Below, in pieces: positions 12,790-25,529 of a stretch of DNA of 64,000 nt. Origin of the DNA: Stegostoma tigrinum (Eukaryota); assembly GCF_030684315.1 (NCBI RefSeq), contig NC_081371.1, forward strand, positions 5,721,550-5,785,549, read 5' to 3'. The number at the start of each line of letters is the position of its first letter. The first letter of the stretch is position 1. The position numbers and the translations under genes were made by a program. The notes below the pieces were generated by a model that saw nothing but the letters and a program-made list of their open reading frames with translations, made no database searches and was not told where the DNA came from.

Positions 12790-13950
12790 TCCTGTGCTTA
12801 GCTTCAACTTTTTGGTATGTTTTGTGCTGTTCCTGGCAGGCTTTTCTCTACACCTCATTGAATAAGAGTTCATTCCCTGGCTGGATGATTAGTGTATAGT
12901 GAGAAATATATCAGATGATGTGGTTATGGATTATGATTAAATGCAATTCTGCTGCTGGTGACCAAAGTGCCTCACAATTAACCAGTTTTGAACTACCAAA
13001 TCTCAAGCCCAAATACAGATAATGAACGGTAAACTCAGTATAAAGCAAAGACTTCATCACCCTATAACTATAGAGTGGGCACTCCTAGTATAAGAAACAG
13101 ATACATCATGGATGGATTGATGAGGACAAGGTAAAATAGACTTTTCCTTCTTTGGTTCTCGTATCACTGCCACTGATATATTCTGGCACTCGTCATTACG
13201 AATGGGCTTGCGCAAGTAGTAGGAATGCTACTGAGGCAATCTCAGTGATAACTTCCCCAGCAAGGGCCCATTCTCTGTCCTTGCTACCCTTAACTGTTTT
13301 TCCAAGTGGTATTCAATATGAAGAAATATTCATTCATCAGCTCAAAGAGGGCAGGTTAATCATTGGAGATTAGCCTGTCTCTGTTTCAACTGATTTCATC
13401 AACCTTCATGAGCATTCCCAATGTATACCATCACAGTACCTGCTCTCATGAGTATGTTCTTCCAGCAGGGCAGGGTCATATTTAGGTTTAGTAATGCAAG
13501 GGTCTGAGACCAACTGGTATGATTTTCAGATTGTGACCATGCCAGAGAGGTGCTTGATTAGTGTGTGGAACAACTCTCCCAATTTTGGCTTTCCCCACTT
13601 GCTAGTGAGGACTTTGCAGGGTTAATTGGGCTGTTTTCTCCTAAGGTAGATAGTATGTGGCTTCTCTAGTATTATTCATATTGAGCATTTTCATAGCAGT
13701 TGCCGCCCTTTCAAAAGCCAGTTAATAGTCAACCACATCGTTGAGAGAGTTTGGAGTCTCGTCGGTCAGACTAGGTGATGATGATAGATTTATTTCCTTA
13801 AATAATATCAGTGAGCTAGAAGTTTTTAAGTAGCTTCATTGTCTTTATTACTGCACACCAGTTTTCTTTTTAAAACTTAACTAATTGAATTTAAATTTCC
13901 CAGTCATCACAGATGGATTTCAGCTCACGTCTTTTATTCATTAGATCATT
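12790..13950 (-). mobile_element. Old LINE relic followed by SacSINE1/DeuSINE-like segment
   Basis: CAGTTAATAGTCAACCACAT..GGAGTC..GGTCAGAC..AGATTT..TTCC at ~13720-13800 matches 22470-22550; upstream part resembles the 39240-39800 relic. Confidence 0.5.
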
Positions 13951-16666
13951 CAGTCCTCAAGAAGTTTTACCAAGTCTGGTAAAACAGCTGTAATTTTTCC
14001 TTTTTGGGACTAATTGTGAGAGTGGACTACTTTACGTATGAATTAATACGCCACTTCAACCACCTAGAAACCTTGCCCGATCTCAGTCCAATCCCCTTCA
14101 ATGTTGACTGGCAAGCTTTGGTGAATTTCCACCTATTGTAGGCCTTAGCACTTTGTCCCAGGTCACCAGAAGCTGCAGGTCAATCAGAGTCCAGCAACTT
14201 CTGGCTTCTAAAAATTGTTGTTCGAACATAACTCCTCAGGGGATCCAACAGCATGAAGTTAAATGTTTTATTTCTTGTTGAGGAAATGGGTCTGGGGAGA
14301 GCGAGGTCAAAGGGATCTCAGGCAAAGACAGGGGATGGCTTTCAGAGGACCTCTACCTATGCCTCTTATTGCACCCAGGTTGGAGTAATTAGAGACCCTC
14401 CCCCTAACCCAGTAGATAGATCATCCTGGTCTCTCAGTTGGGAAACTAGCCACATTTTATATCCAGTTGGAAAACAGGTAATTAATGAGGTGGTGAGTTC
14501 AGGCACTTATGATGTTAATTCACATTCAATGATCTTGTGCCGGGTCAAGCAAGTTCCTTATGGTCCTTCTGGCATAGAACTACATACTGGGGATGTGGTA
14601 AAAGAGGCCAAGTATTTCTCCAAGTCCAGCTCATCCAATTATTTCCCCCTTTTCCTCATCTCTCTTGCCACCTCCAGGGAGAGGAATATTCTTCCATTAT
14701 TACGGTGTGAAACAGAGCTCTATAACAACATTATTCCAATTATACTCATATTCTTAAGGTAGATCACGACCAATCTGACATTTTTACTGCTGATCCAAAT
14801 AACTGAGTACAAATTAAATATCACAGTTGGTACTTCAGCTGCTGCTATTTTAATGAACACAGATCATGCATCAAAGACTGGCCTAGTCTGCCTATATGGT
14901 TAGTCACCTGCTGGCCTTGCTAACTGAACTAGTGTAGGAGCTTGCTACCCTTGTGTGTCATGTATAGAAAGTTTCCAAACTTTTCTTCAGAGGTGCCTCT
15001 GACCGATGAGAAAGATGCGGATGAAATCACACAGCTGACCATGTATCATTGCAGTCAATGATAAAATATGGCAATATCATGGGAAAACATGGAAACTGAA
15101 GCACCAGAGGAGGAATATAAAAGCTGCCACTGTCCAAGTTAGCAACAATTTTGTTTTTGTTGGCCCGGGCCTTACATGAATACCTAAACTTGCCAATTCA
15201 GTGGTTTCTCAATTGCTAGTAACTACTGGCTGTGACCAACCAGTGGGGAGATTTGGCAGTCAAACAATCAATACGCGCACTTTAAATTTACAGCAAGCTG
15301 GCAAAATTATTCAGTATAATTCCCGAAATGTGCAGAGATGCTCACATTAAGGCAGATTTTCCAAGGGTCCTCGCAGCCTGTCAGAAACAAGATTCAGTAA
15401 TTGAATTTGCTTTTAATTGTAGAGAAGTCTTTGTATTAATTGATGCCTCACAGACACTGCTAAACAGATCATGAAAAGGCTGTTCCAAGTTGGTAGACAA
15501 AACTAACAGCTGACTGGAGCTTCTCTGACTGAAATATGATGCTTTTCAAGTTCTCAGTGGATAGATAGCAGTTACCAGGTCAGTTTTTGTACTAGCTGCT
15601 TTTGAGACACTCAAACCAGCATTTTGATTTCTACCATGCTAATCCTTGGGTTTTAATTTTGCTGGCATGACTCTTGTGCAGCAAGCTTTATCAGAAGTGT
15701 TTTGAAAGTTCATATTGACATAATAAATTTTATTCCATCAACTTCTGTCATTGGATCAGAGAACTTCATAATTTGATCAGAAAAGATGTTCCTTTAATAA
15801 ATCCTTACTGGCTGTCATTTATTGTCCCACAATCTACTAAGTGACAATTAATTTTTTGCTGGATTACAGACTCTAGATGTTTCTCTTGTACAATCTAACT
15901 AGTCATAATGACTGAGTATATTCCATATTCCTGTTTTCAGCAGATATGCAACAGACCACTCATGTCCAATGCAGATTTAAAGGTTGTAGGGCAGAACCCC
16001 AATATTTCTATTCTTTCTTCACTCAACAAGCTAAATGCATCCCCTCAATCTGCTGAAATTTTTTTTTCCATCAATACCTCAATGTCACTGGTCCTTCAAT
16101 ACTTATGGCAGTGGGAGAAATCCTGTCACTGTATACAGCTGGTGGATGGAAAAAATGTTTAAGTTGGATGATGTATATAGTGTGAAGGGTTTGTCTGAAT
16201 ATGTAAATAAGGTAGTCTACATCATCAGAAGAATTATAGGACTGTTGAGAGGTAGTTCTTTCTGGAAGCCCTGTATGAACATGATACCAGAATGAGAGCT
16301 GTGCCATAATACTTACACAATCAAGACTTTAACAAATTTAAGGTTTCACAAAAAGTTATTCTGTGGCACACTGCACATGCATCAGGATCAGAATGAATGC
16401 TAAATAAACAAGAATGATTCATGAATTTTAATCTTCTCCAAATATGCCAGAGCTTCAGTAATTTATGGGAATGGTGAATCAAGTGGGGATGTTCTTCTTA
16501 ACACATGAATCATTTTGTAAGGGAAGACCATGCATGGCGTTAGGAAGAGATCTAACAGGTCATTTCAGATGATCAAGAAAACATTAATTTCACTGTACAT
16601 ACTGGCTCTGTAATCCAGAACCACAAATGCATCATTGACTGGACTAGGAGATGTACTTTTCCAAAA

Positions 16667-16980
16667 GGGGTGGCACAGTGACTCAATGGTTAGCACTGCT
16701 ACCTCACAGCACGATGGTCCTGCGTTTGATTCCACATTCTGATGACTGTCTGTGTGGAGTTTGCACATTCTCCCCGTGTCTGCGTGGGTTTCCTCAGGGT
16801 GATCCAGTTTCCTCCCACAATCCAAAGATGTGCAGGTTAGGTGGACTGGCCATGCCAAATTGCCCATGGTGTTCAGGGATGAGTCAATGAGGGGGATGGG
16901 TCTGGGTCTGGGTGGAATGCTGAGGGTCAATGCGGACTTGTCGGGCCGAAGGCTGTTTCCACACTGCAGGGCTTCTATGA
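16667..16980 (+). mobile_element. HE1/V-SINE-like tRNA-derived SINE
   Basis: tRNA-like head (GGTGGCACAGTGACTCAATGGTTAGCAC; B-box-like GTTTGATTCC), V-domain core GTGTGGAGTTTGCACATTCTCCCCGTGTCTGCGTGGGTTTCCTC, CR1-like tail ending TCTATGA. Confidence 0.88.
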
Positions 16981-17518
16981 ATAATGAAATCAGAGGTTTG
17001 GTAAATGTAAACTGAAGTGTTTATGTATTTCATTCTTTGCTGAAACAACAAAGGTTTGTAGCCTTTGAAAAAAGGCTGGGCTTAAGAGGTTTGTAGACTA
17101 CATTATGATTCAACAGGCCATAAATATTAGATTATTCTATTGAATGTTCAGAAAACAGCAAAGATACCACCAACAAAGCAGAGATGTCATTTGAGATTGA
17201 TGGGATTTGACACTACAACCGATGTGTAAGGGAAGGAACAGATTACAGCAGATTGTTGTGTGTTCCTACAAGCAAGGCACGAACAAGGTTATTGCACAGA
17301 CCCTGTTGAATTTGTTTTCAGTATGAGTAATGAATGGTGCTGAACATTGTGCAGTCATCAGTGAACATCCCTATGTCTGATCTTATGATAGTGGAAAGGC
17401 TATTAATGAAGCAGCTGAAGATGGTTAAACATAGGACACTATCTTGAAGAACACTTGCAGAGATATGCCTGAGATCAGATGACTGACCAACAAACACAAT
17501 CATCTTCCTACGTATCAA

Positions 17519-20500
17519 AGATAGTAGGAACTGCTAATACTGGAGAATCTGAGATAACATGGTGTGAAACTGGATGAACACAGCAGCCAAGCAGCATCAG
17601 AGGAGCAGGAAAGTTGGCATTTCAGGTTGAGACCCTTCTTCAGAAATGGCGGGAGGGAAAGGGGATTCTGAAATAAATAGGGAGAGAGGGGGAGGCGGAA
17701 ATAAGATGGATAAAGGAGAAGATAGGGCGAGAGGAGACAGACAGATCAAAGAGGCGGGGTTAAAGCCAGTGAAGGTGAATGGAGGTGGGGAGTGAGGGAG
17801 GGGATAGGTCAGTCCAAGGAGGACAGACAAGTCAAGGAGGCGGGATGAGATTCGTGAGTAGGAGATGGGGATGGGACTTGAGGTGGGAGGAATGGTTAGG
17901 GTGGCGGGGACAAGCTGGGCTGGTTTTGGGATGTGGTCGGGGGAGGAGAGATTTTGAAGCTTGTGAAGGTCACATTGATACCGTTGAGCTGCAGGGTTTC
18001 CAAGCAAAACATGAGATGCTGTTCCTGCATCTTTCGGGTGGCGTCATCGTGGCAATGTAGGAGGCCCAGGATGGACATGTCGTCCAAGGATTGGGGTAGG
18101 CGTTGAAATGGTTTTGCGACGGGGAGATGTAGTTGTTTGTTATGAACTGAGCGTAGGTGTTCCGCAAAGTGGTCCCCAAGCTTCTGCTTGGTTTCCCCAA
18201 TGTAGAGGAGGCCACAACGGGAACAGCGGATACAGTATAGCACATTAACAGATGTGCAGGTGAACATCTGTTTGATGCAGAAGGTCTTCTTAGGGGCTGG
18301 GATGGAGGTGAGGGGGGAGGTATTGGGGCAGGTGAAGCACTTGCTTCGGCTGCAGGGAAAAGTGCCAGGGGTGGTGGGGCTGGAGGGGAGTGTGGAGCGG
18401 ACAAGGGAGTCATGGAGAGAGTGGTCCCTCCAGAATGTAGATCAGGGTGCGGGGGGGGAAACATGTCTTTGGTAGTGGGGTCAGATTGCAGATGACAGAA
18501 ATGATGGAGGATGATACATTAGATTTGGAGGCTGGTGGGGTGGTACATGAGGATGTGGGGTATTCTGTTTTGGTTATTATTGCGGATAGGGGGTGTGAGG
18601 GATGAGATGCAGGAAATGCGGGAGGCACGGTTGAGGCCATTTTCGATCACTGTGGAGGGCAAGTTGTGGTCTTTGGGGAAAATAGGACATCTGGGATGTT
18701 TGGGAGTGGAATACCTCATCCTGGGAACAGATGCAGTGGAGGCAAAGGAATTGGGAATGGGAGATGACCTTTTTACAGGAAGGTGGGCGAGAGGAGAAGT
18801 ATTCTAGGTAGTTGTGGGAGTTGGTAGGCTTAAAATAGATATCTATTTCCAGGTGGATGCCAGAGATGGAGACAGAGAGGTCCAGGAAGAAGAGAGAGGT
18901 GTCTGAGATGGTCCAGATAAACTTAAGGTTGGGATGGAAGGTATTAGTGAAGTGGATGAACTGTTCGAGCTCCTCGTGGAAACAGGAGGCGGCGCTGAAA
19001 CAGTCATCAATGTAATGGAGGAACAGATGGGGGGAATAGGGCCAGAGTGGCTTTGGAAGAGGGATTGCTCCACATATCCTACAAAGAGGCAGACATAGCT
19101 TGGGCCATGCGGGCATCCATGGCCTACCCCTTTGTCTGTAGGAAATGGGAGGAATTAAAGGAGAAGTTGTTGACGGTGAGGATGCGTTCGGATAAGCAGA
19201 TGAGAGTGCCAGGGGAGGGGGAACTGGTTGGGCCTGCGGGACAGGAAGAAGCGGAGGGCCTTTATACCATCTGCATGGGGAATGCAGGGATATAGGGACT
19301 GGACGTCTATAGTAAAAATGAGGTGTTGGGGACTGGGGAATTGTAAGTTCAGGAGGAGGTGGAGAGCGTGGGTGGTGTCACAGACGAAGGTAGGTAGCTC
19401 CTGGGCCAAGGGGGAGAAAATGGAGTCAAGATAGGTGGAGATAAGTTCAGTGGGGCAGGAGCAGGCTGAGACAATGGGTTGACCAGGGCAGTCAGGTTTG
19501 TGGATTTTGGGAAGGAGATAGAAGCGGTGCCGGGTTGGGGAATGATGAGGTTAGAGGCTGTGGGTGGCAGGTCATGAGGTGATGCGGTTTTGGATGGTTT
19601 GGGAGATGATGATTTGGTGCTCAGCGGGTGGAGTCATAATCAAGGGGGGGCGATAACAGGAGGGGTCAGAGAGCTGGCATCTGACCTCTGTGATGTAAAG
19701 GTCAGTATGCCATACTACTACTGTGCCTCCCTTATCTGTGGGTTTTATGGTGAGGTTGGGATTCGAGGGATGGCTGCAGGTTCTGTGGGGGAGAGGGTGG
19801 AGTGGGTGAGGGGGTGGAGAGGTTGAAGCGATTGATGTCTCGATAACAATTAGAGATGAAGAGGTCAAGGGAGGATAGGAGGTCTTGGGGTGGTATCCAG
19901 GAGGAGGGGGTGCATTGGAGGTGGGTGAAGGGGTCAGGAGGAGGGAGGGTTAGGCACATAGTTAAAAAAATAAGCACGGAGGTGGAGGCAACAGAAAAAC
20001 TGCTCAAAGTCCAAACGAGAGTTGTATTTGTCGATGTGTGGGTGGAGGGGGACAACGGTGAGTCCTTTATTGATGGCTGACCGTTCATCCTCAGTAAGGG
20101 GGAGGTCTGGGGGAACAGTGAAGACTCGGCAGGGCTAGGTACTATTGTCTTGACTGGAGACTCTGGCTGTGAAGGCAGTGAGTGGAGCAACGGCCGCTAA
20201 ATCGAGGATGTCGGTGGTAGCGGCGTCCTCAATGTCTGCGTTGGCCTCGGAAACGGATGGCATCGGTTGTACCGGAAGTGGCGTACAAACAACTACACCT
20301 CCCAATTGTGAACCATTTCAACTCCAACCCCACTCCTTGGACAACATGTCCATCCTGAGCCTCCTGCATTGCCACGATGATGCCACCCAAAAGATGCAGA
20401 AACAGCATTGCATATTTCGCTTGGGAACTCTGCAACCCAAGGGTAGCAATGTGAACTTCACAAGCTTCAAAATCTCCCCTCCCCCGACCACATCCCAAAA

Positions 20501-20870
20501 CCAGCCCAGCTAGTCCCCGCCTCCCTAAACATTCCTCCCACCTCAAGCCCCATCCCCATCTCCTACTCACTAATCTCATCCCCCCTCCTTGACTTGTCTG
20601 TCCTCCTTGGACCGACCTCCCCCCTCCCTAACTCCTCATCTCCATTCACCTTCACTGGCTCTAACCCCGCCTCTTTGATCTGTCTGTCTCCTCTCACCCT
20701 ATCTTCCCCTTTATCCATCTTCTCTCCGCCTCCCTCTCTCTCCCTATTTATTTCAGAATCCCCTTTCCCGCCCCCATTTTTGAAGAAGGGTCTTGACCCG
20801 AAACATCAACTTTCCTGCTTCTCTGATGCTGCTTGGCCTGCTGTGTTCATCCAGTTTAACACCGTGTTAT
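17519..20870 (-). mobile_element. Penelope-like element (Neptune-type, family A): decayed RT + GIY-YIG on minus strand with ~586-bp inverted terminal copy
   Basis: RT motifs IFTIDVQSLYPCIPH, LHYIDDCF, FLDLSV. GIY-YIG NVLYCIRCSRCGLLYIGET..HFAEH. Arms 17554-18140 / 20285-20870. Degenerate TSD TTCCTACGTATCAA / TTCCTATGTGTCAA (17505-17518 / 20871-20884). Confidence 0.93.
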
Positions 20871-20959
20871 TTCCTATGTGTCAAGTTTATCGCCAAACAG
20901 CAGAGATTTTGCCCCCTAATTCCCACTGATTCCAGTTTCGCTAGAACATCAATGGTTGT

Positions 20960-21640
20960 TTCCATGACTGTTTTTAGGGGTCTTGCTATTTGTGGTGTAC
21001 ATTAATGAACTGGACTTAAACGTAGTGGGTACAATCAAGGAATTCACAGATAATGCTAAAATTGGGAGGGTAATAAATAGTGAGGAGGAGAGATATAAAA
21101 TGCAGGAGGATCTCAAATTGCAAGTGGAATTCAACCATGAAAGTTTGTGATTAAGGTCCTTGGGGAGGATTAAATAGGCAAGGAATGATACTATGAATTG
21201 AGAATGCCTGCAAGACACTTAAATTTATTAGCTAAGGCAGAGAATATAAAAGCTACGAACTGCCAAAAAGACTGGTTAGGCCATAGCCGGAGTATTGCAT
21301 GCAGTTCTTGCAACCACATTATAGGAAGGATATGATAAAACTAGAGAGGGTGCAGAAGAGATTTACCAGACTGCCGTCAGGCTAGAGGATCTGAGCGATG
21401 AGGACAGATTAGATATTCTTGGGTTGCTTTCCTTGGAACAGCAAATGTTGAAAGGGATCCAGTAGAGGTATATAAGATTATGAGGCTCATAATGAGGATG
21501 GATAGTAAAGAACTTTTCACCTAGTAGTGTCAATTTAAGATCAAAGCTGAAGAGAAAGTTGAGGGTGTAGGGAGTCTGGATCAAACTGCATGAAAGGCAT
21601 GATGAGCCAAATTTGTCTCCTCTGTGCTGAAAACGCCTAT
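20960..21640 (+). mobile_element. Decayed CR1 3' part
   Basis: YINELD..KEFTDNAKIG and GAGTATTGC..CAGTTCTTG..CCACATTATAGGAAGGAT..GAGAGGGTGCAGAAGAGATTTACC, as in other CR1 copies. Confidence 0.75.
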
Positions 21641-21807
21641 CAGTCTACGAGTAAGAGGTGAATTCCAATTGCTTCACACATGTAATCTATCAACTGGAGC
21701 AAAGTCATTAGTAGTATCTTCATTTCCATCTGGTGTTGGAAGAAAGGAGTACTGCTCCAAATAAGCAAGGAACTATAATCATTGTATTGCAATCTACCAG
21801 AATTCCA

Positions 21808-22053
21808 GAGACAAAAACAGAAATTGCTGGAAAAGCCCAGCAGGTCTGGCAGCATCTATGGAGAGAAGTCAGAGTTAATGTCTCGGGTCAAGTGACCTTT
21901 CCTTCCAGAACCAGTTCTGAGGAAGGGTCACTCAACCGGAGATGTTATCTCTGATTTCTCTCCACAGATGCTGCCAGACCTGCTGGGCTTTTCCAGCAAT
22001 TTCTGTTTTTGTCTCTGATTTACAGCATCTGCAGTTCTTTTGGTTTTTATTTA
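21808..22053. mobile_element. Palindromic mini-PLE (family B)
   Basis: ~105-bp inverted arms meeting at CCAGAA-ccag-TTCTGAGG, ~36-nt tail on right arm only. TSD CTACCAGAATTCCA / CTATCAGAATTCCA (21794-21807 / 22054-22067). Confidence 0.9.
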
Positions 22054-22379
22054 CTATCAGAATTCCATCGTAGAGACTGTGGGCACGCATGACCAAGCCA
22101 GGTTCTTGGAAAAAAAAACTGCACTGAAACTCCTATTCATGGAAGTTAGAAATGGGTGAGTTAGAAGAAACAAGAGTGCATTCCTTTCTTTAAAAAACAG
22201 AAGCAACCAGTTTATTCAGGAGACCTGGAAGACTACCTGAATAGCCAACTGTTATAATTTGACAACTTACATTCCACCCAAAAGTATTTGAAAAAAGCAT
22301 GGACAACTGGAATTCCCAATGTCCTAAACATTTGAGGATATGGTCCAGTTTCACTTAATAAATAAAAAAAAATCCACAA

Positions 22380-22765
22380 AATGTGAGCATTGCTGGTATT
22401 TCTTATTTATCCCTAACTGCCTCTTGAACTGAATGTCTCACTTTGGCCATTTCAAAGGGCAAATGGCAATTAAGAGTCAACCACATTGCTCTGGGTCTGG
22501 AGTTACATGTCGGTCAGGTCACATAAAGGTGGCAGATTTCCTTCTTTGAAGGACAGTAATGAACCAGATATGTTTTCATGACAATTAAAGATGATTGTCA
22601 CAGTCACCACACACCACGAAAACTAGCTTTCAAGTCTGGATTCTATTAAATGAATATCAATTCTCTTGACTGTCGTGGTGATATTTGAGCCTGTGTTCCC
22701 AAAACATACTTCTGGGCCTCTGGGTTGCTAATTCAGTGATATTATCACAATGTCACCATCTCTTC
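22380..22765 (-). mobile_element. SacSINE1/DeuSINE-like SINE
   Basis: TTAAGAGTCAACCACATTGCTCTGGGTCTGGAG..GGCAGATTTCCTTC..GAACCAGAT; the opposite-orientation copy is at 61010-61310. Confidence 0.65.
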
Positions 22766-23474
22766 TTTAACTGGTAGACTAGTGAAATTGGGGATGAAGT
22801 CACAGACTTTGAAAGAGATGTAAGATAAGCAAGATATAAATATAAATAATGAGTAGAATGAGAGATTTAGGTGCAACGTGATGTAAAAGTTTAATGTCAA
22901 AATGCAAATGGCTACTTCAGTGAAAATGATGTAACCCCTGACTACTGGATTATGGTTTTCTCTAGAAGCCTCATATGAAGTCTAATTCTGTACATTTTAC
23001 ATATTTCATGTTGAAAAAAAGGTCAATAACCAAAAACTTCCTGTTTTATTATTATGTGAACTGGAGACCAATAATCAAGCTAGAAAAATTTAAGTTTTCC
23101 ACTTAAGGCTCTGTAGCTTCTAGGAACATCAAGTTCAATAATTTTAAAGCTTGGTTCTGTCCTTTCTTCTTTTTTATTAACCCACCCCTATACCCTGGCC
23201 CTGTCATGACATGGATTGCTTTCAGCACAGCCTACCCATACTTGCCTACACTAGGCTCTCATTGTCATTTGTTTGGCTTCTCTTCAATCTTGGCATACTA
23301 TTCACAATTCCCTCATGTGCCTACCTAACCCTTTCATAATCTCTCTCTCTGGGCTCTGTCTCCACCTGTCTGCTCACATCTTCCCACCAACCCACTGCTT
23401 AAAACTTAGTCTTCAGCAGAAATATTTTTTCCTAAATGCGGTTCTGAAGAGAAATCATGGGACTTCACATGTTA

Positions 23475-23645
23475 AAAATGGGAACTGCAGATGCTGGAGA
23501 ATCCAAGATAACAAAGTTCTGGGCTGGAAGAACACAGCAGGCCAAGCAGCATCTTCGGAGCACAAAAGCTGATGTTTCGGGCCTCGACCCTTCATCAGAA
23601 AAGCTTTTCTGATGAAGGGTCTAGGCCCAAAACGTCAGCTTTTGT
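23475..23645. mobile_element. Palindromic mini-PLE (family A) nested in an older PLE 3' end (~23170-23750)
   Basis: Perfect centre CCCTTCATCAGAAAAG|CTTTTCTGATGAAGGG (axis 23603/23604). TSD ACTTCACATGTTA / ACTTCAAATGTTA (23462-23474 / 23646-23658). Confidence 0.88.
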
Positions 23646-23661
23646 ACTTCAAATGTTACCT

Positions 23662-23721
23662 TTGCTACCAGACCTGTTGAGTTTCACCAGCTTGCTACCA
23701 GACCTGTTGAGTTTCACCAGC
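23662..23721 (+). repeat. 30-bp perfect tandem duplication
   Basis: TTGCTACCAGACCTGTTGAGTTTCACCAGC x2. Confidence 0.95.
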
Positions 23722-24951
23722 AATTTGTTCCATTTCAGATCTCCAGGTTTTTGTTTTATTATAGAATAACAGAATACTGCGATGAATTCCCAATCAAGCA
23801 GGGTGCTGTCTCTCGGATGGAGTCTATTGAGAGTTATTCCATCACACTCCTCTCTTGTGCCTTGTTGTTAGTGGAATGGCTTTGGGAGTTAAATGAGTTA
23901 CTTGCGGCAGAATTTCCAACCTGTCTTGCTCTTATAGCCATTGTACTTTTCTGGCTGGTCCATTTATATTTCAGTTTAATGAAGCACCCCCACCCCAACA
24001 CAAATGACAGTGAGGGATTTCAGGTTGTAATGCTGTTGAACATCATGCAAAGATGGATAGATCTCACTTGTAAAAATCAGTTCTGGGCCAACATTTGTTC
24101 AACATGAATATCACTTGTTAATTATCAGCATTAGACTAATTGGTGATTCAGATTATTTCAATTTGAAGGGTTGCAAATGCTACTGAGCACTGTACAATCA
24201 TCAGCAAGCATTCCCACTTCTGCATTTATGATGGAGGCATTGTCACCGCTGAAAATGTCTAGGACTAGATCAATTTCCTGAAGAAGTCCTGGGACTGAGA
24301 TGGCTTCCTACAACCACAACCATCACCATCTTCCTTCATAACAGTTATAGTTCCAGTCAATGGGGTTTTTTCCACATTTAGCTGTAGTACTCAGGAACGT
24401 GTAGGCTAGTTGGATTACTATGATAAATAGGGGGTTATGGGAATAGGGTGGGAGGATGGCTGAGTCAGTGCACTTTGAAGGGTCAGTACAGACTCCATAA
24501 AGTCCATTTAGTCTATCTGCAACGTAGGGATTCTATGGTCAGCAACCTAGAATTTAAGATCATGTGTACAATTCTTCATGAAAATCTTTAATTCCTTTTC
24601 ATTTTGTACAAACCTCTTTCGATTAACCTTGTTTAGAACTTAACTAAGTGAATTGTCATAATCTCTTAATTCTCGGCTTCAGACTTAATGACGCAAGATC
24701 TTGGGAGTGAAGCCTTGAAGATTTTATGACCAAGGTGAGATCAGAGTGAGATTTAACAACATGAGTGGGAACATGAATAGCTAGGTTACAGGTATTACAG
24801 AAGTGGGTCCAAGTTATAATGGACACTAATAATCAGTATCATTTGAGAACACGTCATTGGCCAATAAAAACCATTTCATTGGTGGCATTGTCTAACTGTC
24901 TGTCTAACAGTGTAGCTGGAACACATATAATTAACTGCTAAGCCAACTGTT

Positions 24952-25063
24952 GTAGTTGGTCGGCTCGCCGAGCTGGTTTGTTGTTTTTGCAGAAAAACAA
25001 TGAACTAGCTTGGTGAGCCAACCAACCATGACCCAAGCTACAAATCTACTCTAAAACCTTACA
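24952..25063. mobile_element. Palindromic mini-PLE (family C)
   Basis: GTTGGTCGGCTCGCCGAGCTGGTT inverted to AACTAGCTTGGTGAGCCAACCAAC. Tail CTACTCTAAAAC shared with 44466-44478. TSD AAGCCAACTGTT / AAGCCAACTATT (24940-24951 / 25064-25075). Confidence 0.75.
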
Positions 25064-25529
25064 AAGCCAACTATTCAAAATATAAAATAAATTTCGCATT
25101 ATGTAAAAATGTGAAAGCATTGGAAGCATAGCTTCAATGTCTTTTAAGCTTGTTAATTGGGATCTCTATGGGTACGTAAACTATTTTTTCCCCCTTTGAA
25201 TCAAGACCTATGAATACTGATTGTATGAAGATATGAAAATGTGAATATAATTATTGTTTGTGTCCATTTCAAATAAAGATCGTACATCCCAGGGTAGGAA
25301 TTTAAAAACATCTGAATTACAGCTGTGGATTTACAATGGGTTTTGATATAACATGAATCAATATATCATTACTTGGCTTAGGGTGTGGAAGTCTTTTGTT
25401 ACGAATATGATGGGAATGCACTCTCTCCCTAGCCACACTGTTTCACAGGGCACAACAGGGTAAACATTTATACTTCCATATTACAAACTGTGTTAAACAA
25501 GTTTTGCTACCTTACTGAATAAATTTTAA

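Noticed and set aside
14253-14762. 169-aa ATG ORF
   Set aside because: No recognisable domain, and it appears to overlap degenerate repeat-like sequence; probably chance.
16667-16745. tRNA gene (also 54095-54168)
   Set aside because: tRNA-like A/B boxes continue into a V-SINE core and LINE-like tail, so these are SINE heads.
23662-23721. Direct repeats or dispersed conserved ~30-mers as a CRISPR-like array
   Set aside because: Two adjacent copies without a spacer; eukaryotic context; no cas genes; the dispersed copies are transposon ends.
8066-25063. Short hairpins as pre-miRNAs or DNA-transposon MITEs
   Set aside because: The arms are homologous to the 3' ends of PLE retroelements in this window and the TSDs are 12-15 bp and variable, unlike the fixed TSDs of cut-and-paste transposons.
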